A DNA stretch of 63,902 bases, the filler included, from Welwitschia mirabilis (Eukaryota): assembly GCA_051453625.1 (NCBI GenBank). It is 7 parts of one record of this genome, joined end to end, with 100 filler letters (N's around TTAATTAATTAA, not from the genome) between each part and the next. Parts side by side here need not be neighbours in the genome. Positions count along the whole stretch, not along the records: positions 31,399 to 54,635 come from JBOZIK010000001.1; 6 more parts are not named here. One strand, given 5' to 3'. The position numbers were made by a program, and so were the translations under genes. This document shows, piece by piece, positions 39,783 to 51,747 of this stretch (position 1 is its first letter; each line of letters starts with the position of its first letter). The notes beneath the pieces were generated by a model, which was given only the letters and a program-made list of their open reading frames with translations, was not told where the DNA came from and did not search any database.

Positions 39783-41300
39783 TGTTGTAAGTCAAATTAG
39801 TAATATTTAACATTATGTTTAGAGTTTGTTTTAGATTTTTTTAAGCATGGTTTTAATTAATTAAGAGAAAAAGTGGAGTAGTCATCATAATGAACAAAGA
39901 AGAATAGTTTATCAACATTTTCAACCATTTAAAAATGATTTTTGAGACATATTACAAACTCTCTAATCTTTGTAGAGCATTAAGAATCTAGTTTAGAATT
40001 ATGGTTGATGATAAAAAAGGCTATAAGATAAAGAAAAGAGTGTCATCCACCTTGTTGTCTAGATAACACTTAAGAGGATGACTAATAGGACCAATAAGCA
40101 AAGAAATTAGATTTCTGCTAATACTCATCCAATCTATCATCTAAAAAACACTCTAGAGAATGACAACCATTAGACTATTCAAACCACATTTTGAAGATGA
40201 ATCTAGAAACTAACAAAGTACACCATCAGTTTCAACTACTTTGGAATATACAAGGATGTGTCAATTAACTCAGAAGTTATGATCAAGTTCAGAAGAACAT
40301 TGATCTTAATTAATATATTTTCAAAAGGTGAAGAAAGATTAATTCGAATAGGAAAAAGCTTCATATGCCAAGAGGAAATCCAATTATAACATAAAAAAGT
40401 AGAGAAGACTAAATATCACTTATTGTTCACTTGGTTATCTAGACAACACCTAGGATAACTAGTAGGAATGGAAATAAAATTCATAAATAGTTCACTAATG
40501 GTCAATCACATAGTTATTTGTATGATACTCAGGATAATACCAAATGCATGCATCCAACCATCACTAATAAGGCATGTGAAGAATAAGAATCCATTAGAAT
40601 AAAATATCAATCATCTTTCACCATATTATCCAGATGACACCCAAGTGGACAACAACCATAATGAATAAGAAATGAACTCCATTAGTTATGAAATAATTGA
40701 TATGATTACCTATGACCTGTTACAACTCTTTGATGACCCTTAGCATCATACTAAATCCATAAATATCCTCCTTAAGATCTCTTATTTCTCATCTTCATTT
40801 GCATCGAAATTACTTGTGATATTAGAGCATTTTGAGCAAGGGATTTATCCTAGTTACAAAGAAGGATGTTTCTTGATGTAGGGTTGTGTCTCCTTTATTC
40901 AAAAGTTATCACTTTATAAGAGCATGTGAACATTTTGATTAATGAAATATTGGTTGAAGTGTTCTTGTAAAATTACTTTCTTATTTTTCTTATAGTTTAT
41001 GTTAATTACAATCAGGTGATAGTCCTTTATGATTGATATAAGTTATGAGGGCCAACTTGGATGATAAAATTTTATGCACTTCATTAGGATATATATTTAG
41101 CTTGCATCCATCTTTCCATCTTACATTCATTCATTGCATCATTGCATTTTCATTAATTTATAATTTTGAAGTTAGGATAGAAAATCATTTTAATTTCTCT
41201 CTTTTTGATTAAAACAATCTTATAGCTTCTTGTTTAAAATTCCTCTTTAGAGTACAACATTTGGGCTAACTAAAATATACTAGTGTATTTTTTATGAGTT
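39783..41300 (+). repeat. Athila LTR-like remnant related to the 17170/51748 LTRs; 3' end lost
   Basis: Starts tgttgtaag. Contains gtcatcc..ggatgac hairpin motifs, core caagggatttatcc..gtagggttgtgtctcc, and acaacatttgggctaa..tatactagtgt near the end. Confidence 0.55.
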
Positions 41301-44300
41301 TTATTAAGATTTATAGGTATCAAAGATAAAATATTCATTAGAAGAAAGTAATAGATTGATCACACGATTCACACTCTAATACTAAGCCAAATTAAAAACG
41401 AAATAAAACATAATGCTCAAGTATAAAAGATAATCGAATTATAAATTATAGAATGCATCTTATTCTAGTATGTTAATCAAATATTTCGTTTAAACATCAA
41501 ATAAATACATGAATTAAATTTAAAACTATGGTTTAAGTTAAAAAAGTAATTTCACATTTTAAATTAAAAATTTATTTCAATTAGATTAAATCTTTAAAAG
41601 TTTTAATAATTACACATAATAAAATGGTTTGAAGTGTAGATATGATGAGATATAAAAAACATCTAACTAGGAAAGATTTAGAACTACACATCTAAGACTT
41701 ATTATGTAACCTATTATCAAACATGAAATAATATAACATAAATAAAATTACATGTGCATTAAGTCATCATAATTTTATCCAAGAATATGCCTTAAGAGTT
41801 CACAAAAATGTGTTAGAAAGTCCCTCTAAAAAATAAAAATTATACTCCTATTCCCCACCAAATAGTTTAGATGACTTATAAGGTTTCCAAGGTTAATACA
41901 AAGAGCTCAAAAACTAATTGAAAGTAAGAATCTAACTAAGAAAAGTAAAAATCAAGTAGAAAAAACAAAACTCAAGAAAAAAGAAACAAAAAGTAGGAAA
42001 ATGAAAATCACACTTAATGAGGTAAAAATTAGGATGAAGGTAAAGAAAATGATCAAAGGTAAGAGTGATGGTATGGTTAAGTAAAGATTAATGACATGAA
42101 ATGAGTATATATAATGATAAATNNNNNNNNNNAAAAAATGAATTTGCATTTCCATTAAAAACATTAAAAAATTATTAAAAATGATAAATAGAGATGAAGG
42201 TATATGAATAAGATTAACTACTTACGCTAAGTAATAACTTAGTAAGATTCATTAATATTCATAATAGAACTACTTGATATTAAATATTCATGATTTAATA
42301 CTAAACAATAATAAGAATCATACGATAAGAGTAATGATTACAACATCATCGAATGATTACTTTGTAAAATATTAATGTAATACTAAAATTTGATTCAATT
42401 ACATCATCAGCTAAAAACAACATTAAAACTTCATTAATACATCATCCAATGATCAATATTTTTCCTTATGTTCTTGAATTTATGGCTTTGGAGTTAAGAA
42501 AAACCCAAGTTAATAGGATGTTTAAAAACATCATTTATCATAATAAAGAAAGTGCAATTCCTACCAAAATAGTAAGAATCCATAAGTTGAAGCTAGATCA
42601 TTACTATCTAACTTTATGATGGGCTTTCCATATATATCATATCATACTTATAAAGGTTCCTTTCAAGAAAATTTGCCTTAATATGCTTGTGATAGAACAT
42701 TTAGAAGTAATTAGAGTGGTGTTTATTCTTCTTTTATCTTTTTCACCTCCTCTTAATTGAGAAACATTTTTAATTAATTAACTTAGATTTCTTTTTCAAA
42801 ATATTGTTTAATCATTAGAATAATAAATTAACTAAGTATAAAGTTGAAAACTAGCATTTGACTTGACATAATAATACTTAAAAAAATATCATAGATATTA
42901 AAATTCATAGCAAAGTATAACATAAAATTAAGTGAATGATGATAAAATAATAAGATGACTAAACCAAGTAATACGATTAGGAAATTATTTAAATAATGGT
43001 AAAAAAACATTTTCCTCTTAGGTAAGAGGAACATCTAATTTAATTACTTTAATAATATCCACAATATAATGGTAATCATTATGTAAGTAATATATCTTCA
43101 ACCATTATTAGTTTACTTTTAATCTTTCATAAGTGTTTGAGTTAGAAGTCTTAATAGAGCCATTAAGATGCATCATCTCTATAAGATAAGGATATAACAG
43201 TTTAGAATTAAGGTTTTTATGAAGTATATGTACTGAAGTATTAAAAAAAGTACCAGTTTGCTAGGTTAAAAAGATTTAGAAATAATCTCTTTGTCATGGT
43301 AAAATTTGGCTTGAGATTTTTGGATACATTTTCTATGAATATCATGAGTTTGTTTCTCATTAACATGTTAAATTTTAACTATTCTACATTAAATATTATC
43401 ATTAAAATCAATGACATTAAGTTGATTAATGATACATGCATCATTAGGAAAACATAAGTTTTATCATACACAAGTTCATAAGGTAAGAAGCTAAGTGAAT
43501 TACACCAACTAGTATAGTAAGTTCAAAGTACATCATAAAGTTTTAAAAAATAAGACTTATTATTTTTTAAGATAAAATTTTTAAGTATTTTCTATTAGCA
43601 TTCTTGGCTAGACCATTAGTTTGTGGATGTTGGACATTCATTGTTCTATGTTCTATTATGATAGAAAGAAGACATTTTCTAATAACCTTATTTATAAAAT
43701 GAGTACATTGGTTACTAATAAATATTATAATAAAGATATATCTATATGAAATATTATATCTAAAGAAAGAACATATGATCCGGCATCATTTGTGGTTGTA
43801 GGAATGACTTATACTTATTTGGTTACATAATCCATAATCATTAAAATATAATTCTTATTATAATAAGATGGTTTAAGAGAGTTTATAAAGTTTATGTTCT
43901 AACAATTAAAAGGTGCACATTCTAATATAGAGTAGAGTGATGTGCATTGATATTTAAAAAGGCTATCAAATAATTGATAAGTATTACATCTGCTAGAAAA
44001 GTTAAATGAATCTTTTAAGAGGGGAGGCTAATAGAATCTAGCATGTAGGATTTTTATAGAAGTCTTTTGATTACTAAGTGGCGTTCATACACATCATCAT
44101 GAAAAAGGATAAGGATATCATATTGTTTCTATTTTGACACATAGCTACACATGATTTGGTCTCTAGAGTTTTGATAGGGATGTGGTTCATGCCACATGTA
44201 ATCCTATATTCTATGAAGAAAGAATTTTTTTTTGATTATGAGTCCAATGTCAAGAAGTTTTCATAAAAATTAGATAATTGATAATAAAAAAATTCCATGG

Positions 44301-45069
44301 AGTAGTATGCTTAGAAGAGATAGAGTAAAAATGTGCAATAAGAAAGAGTTGCTCATCTGAAAAAGTATCTTAGATAAGATGTTTAAAACAAAAATGTATA
44401 AAATGTTATTCATAAAATATTTTCAATAGTTGGTTAGTAATACAATTATGCTTGCCTTCATTATCTATAATTCGTAAGTTAAATTATTATATTAAGATCA
44501 CTTATACAATAAGTATTACACTATAATATCTATTAATCATAACATATCAAATGAAAGCATGATTAGTATAGACATTAGAATGAAAACCAAGAAGATATCA
44601 TTGAATTTTATCAAAGATAAAAGATAATAGTAAGAATTTATTTTTTAGTGGTGGTATAATTAATTTTGGCTCTTGAAAGATTTTTCCTAATATATAAAAT
44701 AACCTTATAACATTTCCCATGTTTTTATCCTAATACTTCACCTATATTCATATTACTAGCATCACATATAATTTTAAAGTCTTTGTCTCAATTGTGTCCT
44801 CCTACTATAGGTTTAGAAGTGATTTTTCCTTACGATTTTCAAAGGAAGGATAAAAATATTTACTTCAATTAAACTTAAGATCTTTTTATAATATAGAGTA
44901 AGGTGTTTACATATCTTAGCATCATCCTTAATAAATCTCTTATAAAAATTGGCATGTCCAAGGAAATATCTAACTTGTTTGACATTTATTAGATTAGAAG
45001 GATTCCTAATGGTGTCAATTTTAGATGAATTCATTCTAATTTATTGTTTAGAAATGTAGTGATCAAATA

Positions 45070-45231
45070 ATATTACATTTTTTATAAGGAATTAACTCTC
45101 TTCCTAAGATAAATGAATCTCACTAGATATGATATGATCTAGAAATTTTTATATTGCATCTTTTATAAGGAATTAACTCTCTTCCTAAGATAAATGAAGC
45201 TCACTAGATATGATATGATCTAGAAATTTTC
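45070..45231. repeat. 81-bp direct tandem duplication within the RT region
   Basis: Unit atattRcatYttttataaggaattaactctcttcctaagataaatgaaKctcactagatatgatatgatctagaaatttt starts at 45070 and again at 45151. Confidence 0.92.
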
Positions 45232-48200
45232 TAATATTTTTAAGGTATGTTAAAATGAGTTATTAAACATAGAAAATTCACTCATAAACATTTCTATATA
45301 TTATTCAATCATATTAATAAAGATATTTATCATGACTCTTTAAAAGGTTATAGATACATTACATAAACTAAGAGAAAATTTTCCAAAAGTAAAGGTACCA
45401 AAAATTGAGGTAAATGTGGTTTAGGACTAACATCCATTTTTAATGCATATTTGGTTATAACCATTATAGCTATCAAGGAAAATAGCCTTGAATTTTATCA
45501 AGTATTTGATCTAAAAAGATCTAAGAACAATGGTCTTTCTTAATGATATTATTAAGTTTTTTAAAGTCAATGCATAATCTCTACTTTACTATGGCTAAGA
45601 AGCTAATCCATTCACTATCAGAAATTTCATATATGATTCTTGCATTCATAAGTTTTATAATTTATTTCTTCACTACTTGAATAAGGATAGGATTAAGTCT
45701 CCTTTGTGGTTGTCTAATGGATTTAGCATTAACTTTGAAATAGATTTTATGTTGGACTATAAATAACGAATGGAAAAAATGTCTTTATGAGTCTAATCAA
45801 AAGAATTTTTTTCAGAATTAAGAAGTTGAAATAGAGAATTTTATTATGAATGATAAAGATATTCATTAATTATCATCAATTTCTAGTAATTATTATTTAA
45901 AAATATGTATTTCAATCCATTTGGTAATTTTTTAATTTATGAGTCATAATCATCACTCATTATTGTTTTTCTTCCATCTTTATGTAGGAGGTTTTTAATG
46001 GATTTAATGTGTTGAACATTATCATCAATTAGAGGTTCAAAGTTTTTATTCATTCCTTCGTTTAAGTTTTTACATAAAAAGTTATTATTAAGGATACATG
46101 AATTGGAGGAAATAAGACTTCCTAGGAATTTTTTTTTTTGCACATTCTTCAAGATCATCAAATAAAGTTGAGTTATCTAAAATAAGAATCCTTTCTTTTA
46201 TGGGATGATTTTAAATAATAATGGAGGGTATAATTTGTTTCTCAAGTTCATAATATTATTCCATATTTTTTAGTCACATCAAAGACTCAAATAATGAATT
46301 TTTTATTTTCTACACAAAATTCCATATTTTTGGTATGTATGTTAATAATACAATTGGCTAGTGCATAAAAGGTTCTTCCTAAGAGTAAATGATATCTTGG
46401 ATTATCCTAATAAAAAGATTCCTCAATTTGTATAACCAACTCATTTATAACTTCAATTGATTTTATAATAGTTACAATATCTAATTTTAAAATAATTTTT
46501 GTTGATCTAATCCTATTTTCCAATCCAAACATCTTGCAAATGTGAATTGAAATGATGTTAACACTATCCTCTATGTTAATTAAGGCTTTTTTAATATTTT
46601 TATTTTTTTCTAAGATAATACTAATTACATAGTTCCTAGGCCTTTCTATTTAGAACCTTTTTGTATCACCAAGTTAGATAGGGATGGGGCAATTAAGACT
46701 CTATCTAATATGATCCTATTTTATTTTCTCTTAAGTAAGTCCTTTTATACTTTATTAAATTTAGGAGTATCTCATAATATTTTTCAAAAAAATAGATTAA
46801 TTATAAAATCCTACATGATTAGCTTAAGATGATTATCATAAGTAGGATTATCCTTTTATCTTTCTAGCCAAGGGGTTATAGGTTTATTTCATTCATCTTC
46901 TTTAGTTGTGTTATGATTAGGTTTTGATTTAGAAGTGGAAGAAAGGCTATGTTCATTATAGATTTTTATGTCATCATTATGAGTTACATTTTTTCCCTCT
47001 TAATTTTGAAAATTATAGGCTTCTTCATTGGAATTTGCATCATGTTTACCTCATGTCACTACTTTTTAATCTTTTTTAACATCATTTGGATTAGGAAAGA
47101 TTTGGATTTCAAGGTTGATTTGAAGTATTTTATTTTTTACATGGTTTGTTAAAATATGTTTATAAGATTCTCAATATTTTTATTGGTGACCTCTTGCATT
47201 TTTTTCAAACTTTTCAATAAAATCTTTAAGAAAATCATTTCTAGTGTAGTTGGAATAGTTGAAACAAAAGTTATTGAGATAAAGTTATTGGCTTAAAAAT
47301 TTTTGATCTAAAATTTATTAGGATTAAATTTCTCTTTTTTAATCTATTGTTAAAATAGAATTTAAAGATTAGTTGTAGCCTATTATTTCTTAGTTAAAAT
47401 TATTTTTTTATTTCTAAAAGTACTAAGTCTTTGATTGAATGCACAATATTCTTTATATATCATTTTTCTACATGTTGATAAGGTACGAAATAGGAATTAT
47501 TTTCACATATTTCACAATCAAAGTAAGATATTAAATGTTAAGGTTGTTAATTTAACATTTTTGCATTAGTTAAGGACTATGTATAATTTTATAAAGTGCT
47601 GTAATATCTTAAATTAGGTTTTTATGGCTAGGATCCCCTTCATGTTGTACTTTCTTTAAGTTTTTTAACACTTACCCTATGATTCTACATTTTTTAAGTG
47701 TTGGTTTAGGCCATGTTTATCTAATTTCCATCAATTCCTTTAAATGTTTCTAAGAAAGATTTAAGGTTAAGTTGAGTAAATTTCTATCACATTCAACTCT
47801 ACTAGTTTATTGGTTTAGATAGGCAATACACTATGAAAGTTATTAATAATTCTTCTTTTAAAAAATCATATAGTAGATTAAATGATATGGTTATCAAGAA
47901 TCTCTCATAGGTTGTAGCATAATCCTCATACATTTGTTATGCAAAATTGATAACTTCTCTTATTCTTTTTTGCATAGCTGTTTCACTCATAAGCCATCTT
48001 ATGAAGGCATATTAAACTTGTTTACATATCTTAAAGTTTTTATGCAAGATATATTTCAACCAATTCATAGCCTTTCATTTAAAGATGAAGTAAAATATAA
48101 TCATTTAAATCTTATTGATTACTTTCTTGATTAAGTACTTAATATTACTATCATACATAATTCTTAGCCTTTCATATAATGATTTACTTCTAAACTATTG

Positions 48201-48863
48201 CTTTCTTTTAAAAAAATAGATTTTTCAAATAATAAAAGATTATTTTTTTTTATTTAGCTCTTGAAATTCTTTACATACATAGGATATGTGCATGTATGCT
48301 AAGTTTGATGTTGACTAGAACTTATTTAATTATTTTCCTCGATCAAGCTTTGCTCCCTTTGATACTTCATTTTTTTACCTAAGTATATTATATTCTTAGT
48401 TGTTCAATGATGTTTTTGCAATGTTATCTCTATCATTTTCTAGATGATTACCTAAACAAGTATCACATAGAAAACAAAGAACAAAAAATAGAGAAACACA
48501 GAAACAGAACCGAAGAAAAAACTAATACTCATCCTTCTATGTCATTTGGACAACAATGAAGATAAAAGTGATTTATTAGTAGTGGAAAACTAAAAATAAA
48601 AATCTATAAAAAAAGTCTCATAAAAACCCTAACCCTAGGATATTATCTTCTTGTCTCTTCTAGATGATAGATAGGATGACAAACTCAAAAAAAACAGAAG
48701 GAAAAATCAAAAATGCAGAAAAACATGGAAAGAAAAACTGTGATATTTATAGTAGAAATACAATGCTACTACAAATAAATAGTTGAATTGAAATCCAAAG
48801 CACTTATCTAGATAATGATAATCCCCAAACTCCTTACAGCCTTTCCTGGCAATGATGCCAAGA

Positions 48864-50113
48864 TGTTTCGGTGCATACTTATGCAACCCTTATGTCATTA
48901 GTTAAATCCTATTAATCACAAATATATGCACAAATACAAAACATTAATATAAATGGAAGTTAATCCAAATATTATAATCCATGGAGGAACTAGATGAGAA
49001 GAAAGAGAATTAATTTTATGAAGTATTTTTATGATTATTTTTAAGATTCAAAAATAAACATCGCAATGCAAGAAAATAAACACACTATGTAATGTGGATG
49101 CAAACTACTCTAAATGTAATATCTATCTGACTACCAAATCTCTGTCACCAAGATTAGCTCTACATGACTTAGATTGATCAAGGAAACAACCACTAACCAA
49201 AACTAAAGTATGTTATTAATTACATCAAACAAAATATGGAAAAAAATATAATAATTTAATCAACGAAATGTAAAATGAAATGTAATGCAAGATAATAAAC
49301 TAACAATTTCAACCTTGATAAAGGTTGCCTTTCATAACCTATATTAATTATGAAACTATCACAAAATCATAACCAAGATAAACCATAATGGACATGCACA
49401 TGAATAAAGCTAAAAAATATTATCATTAAAAGTCAAAAAAATATTATTACAAAGCAGTAGCACCTTGACGAAGGAGACATAGTCCAATACCAAGGAAGAC
49501 CCCTTTCTATAACTAACAGATAGATATTTTGTCCTTTGATATTCCATCACAAGAATTTTTAGTATCAAAGAAGATGATCATAGTCAATGTCAAAGGTGTT
49601 ACTTATTAACAACAATAGACTCAAAAATAGCAAATCTAACATATGCAAGTGAAACTCTAACAACATGCAAAAAGTGCATGATACATTAAAAAAGTTAGGT
49701 AAAGTTTGATACATTAACTAAAATTATATTATCATCCTAGTGGTTATGTAGATAATGTTGGGTATGATGCCACATTAACAGAGATCCACATTAGCATGCA
49801 TCTTAGTCTAGTCAACATCCTAATTAGCATACAAGTGTTATCATCCTATACTATTATATGCATGATGAAGGGAACAATAAGCTCTTTGAAGATCTTTCAT
49901 CAAGTGAATTTGGCTTGTAAACCATTAATTCCTCCTTAAAATATAAAGTATTAGAATTAATCCAAAATACCTTCAAATGTACAAGTAATTGTGCACTTAT
50001 ATGATTTTCTTCTTGACTCTTAACAATCATCATTTTATACTTAAACCTCTCTAAATATCCTCTAAAACTACTCAAAATACTCCATCAAAAACATACAATT
50101 TGGAATCACAATA
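48864..50113 (-). repeat. Athila 5' LTR (~1.25 kb) with adjacent PBS-Asp at 48843-48860
   Basis: PBS ttcctggcaatgatgcca. The + strand start tgtttcggtgcatacttatgcaa parallels 2932 tgttgtaatgcatatttatgcaa, and the far end is ..atcacaata. Confidence 0.8.
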
Positions 50114-50299
50114 GAGTGCTCCATTTAGCCTTGTAAGTCTTTGATAAAGTTTGTGAACAACTATAACTGTGAGCCAAATTTACTAAGATGAAACAGTAAT
50201 GAGGGATATGTAAATTAAGTTAAAAAACCTTAGGATGAAGGACGTAAAATTTAATAATTATCTAATCATATTAGATAAGATGCTTATCATGTACAATTG

Positions 50300-50895
50300 A
50301 AAAGTAGGTGAGGCATCACATAAGCCAAAGATAATTCTTTTATAAGTAAAGATTCCAAAGGGTTACATAAAGGTACTTACATATAATGGTTTGTGAAGGC
50401 TACATTACTAAGTAGTGTAAAGCTATATTAACTATTAAAAATAATGCTAGAATAGTTAAGAAATTCTTAAAAAAACATATCTTACTTAATTTGACCATTT
50501 TATAGTATGAAAAAATGTATAATGATGAATAAAGTTATAATTCCCTATCACTTAAAACCCTATGATCAAGTAGAAGTTATAAACCAAGAGTTGAAAACAA
50601 ATGTTGAAAATGATAGTAAAGTGTAATAAAAAGGACTAGTTCCTCCATCTCAATGATTTTCTTTATGCTCCATAAATGGCTTATTAAAAATTCATTAAAA
50701 GATTGTTCTATTGACTTATGTTTTAGAAAAGATTGTTACCTTTCTTAGAAATTAAACATAAATCTTTAAACATAAAATAACTTAATTAAAATCTTAATGA
50801 AGTCTTATAACTTATAGATATTGAGTTGAATGAACTAGAATAAATTAGAAATGAAGCATATAAATAGATAATAAAATCTTATCATGATAAGCATA
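50300..50895 (+). pseudogene. Athila integrase core remnant
   Basis: YHLKPYDQVEVINQELK..KKD*FLHLNDFLYA and ELNELE*IRNEAY resemble YHPQTSGQVEVSNRELK..RKDWSxKLDDALWA and QLNELEEIRxxAY. Confidence 0.75.
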
Positions 50896-51135
50896 TTTGT
50901 GATGCCAAATAATATGAATTTAATGGGGTATTTTAAGTGCTTTTGCAGGATGACTTATAAGACAACATTATGACCTCTTATTTTGCCAAGGTACTATGTT
51001 TAGTTTATCAAATCTTAATATTTCATCTTGTATCATGATATTTTCTAAACTTAATTGATATTTTCCTAGTTAAGATTTATCTTAGTCAATTTGGCCTGTA
51101 ATTGTGGTTGTTCACCTACCTTATCAAGGACTAAC

Positions 51136-51747
51136 TATTACAATGCTAAATTATATGTGTTTGATGGGGTATTCGAGTACTTTTTTAGGGTATTTAAATA
51201 GGTTTATGTGAAGTTTCAATAATAATAAAGAGCTAATGTAATATTCATAGAAATGTACAATCTTTAACATATTTGAAGGCATTTCAAGATAATTCTGATA
51301 CTTAACATTCTAAGGAGGAATCTGATAATTAAATAAGTTGATTTGACTTAACAAAAAAACTTAGAAGCCTCTCTTTCCAATAATCATCTAGATGATAATA
51401 CTGAATGATTGCATAAGAATGTTAATAAGGATGTTGACTAGACTAAGCTGAAAGCTAATATGAGATCCCTGACATCATCTCCATTATCCTCTAAATGATA
51501 GATAGGATGGCACTACACCTAATTTTAACTAATACACCAAAATTTACTTAACTATAACAAAGTATCATGCATCCTTCTTTAGCACTGCTAGGGTTTTTAC
51601 TGGTTATTAGAATTTCTATTTTTAGGATGTTCCCTATAATAAATATCTTCTTTACCTTTGCTTTGACTTTTATTTTCTTTAGCACCTAGAAATCTTGTGA
51701 CAGGAGATCAAAGGGTAGGAGGTCCATCCATTATTGCTAAAAGAAGT
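51136..51747 (+). repeat. 5' half of an Athila LTR (17170 family), interrupted by another element
   Basis: The upstream flank 51080-51130 matches 17096-17150. Homology to the 17170 LTR stops right after ggtccatccattattgctaaaagaag. Confidence 0.7.

Larger units (their letters stand above)
43090..50113 (-). mobile_element. Athila-type element: 5' LTR, PBS-Asp, heavily decayed gag-PR-RT-RH-IN; no 3' LTR seen
   Basis: Minus-strand motifs LDSYNGYNQI (~45450-45478), IEMFMSEFSMF (decayed MEVFMDDFSVF, ~45270-45298), VRYFLGHANFYKRFIKD (ORF 44813-45034), CDAS, NYTTTK, HPQTNG (~43615) and LKVN..LKIY. The order RT-RH-IN is gypsy. Confidence 0.9.

Noticed and set aside
43090..46600. Possible endogenous caulimovirus RT/RNase H
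   Set aside because: An integrase, LTR and Asp PBS are present and no movement or coat protein is visible, so it is an Athila retrotransposon.
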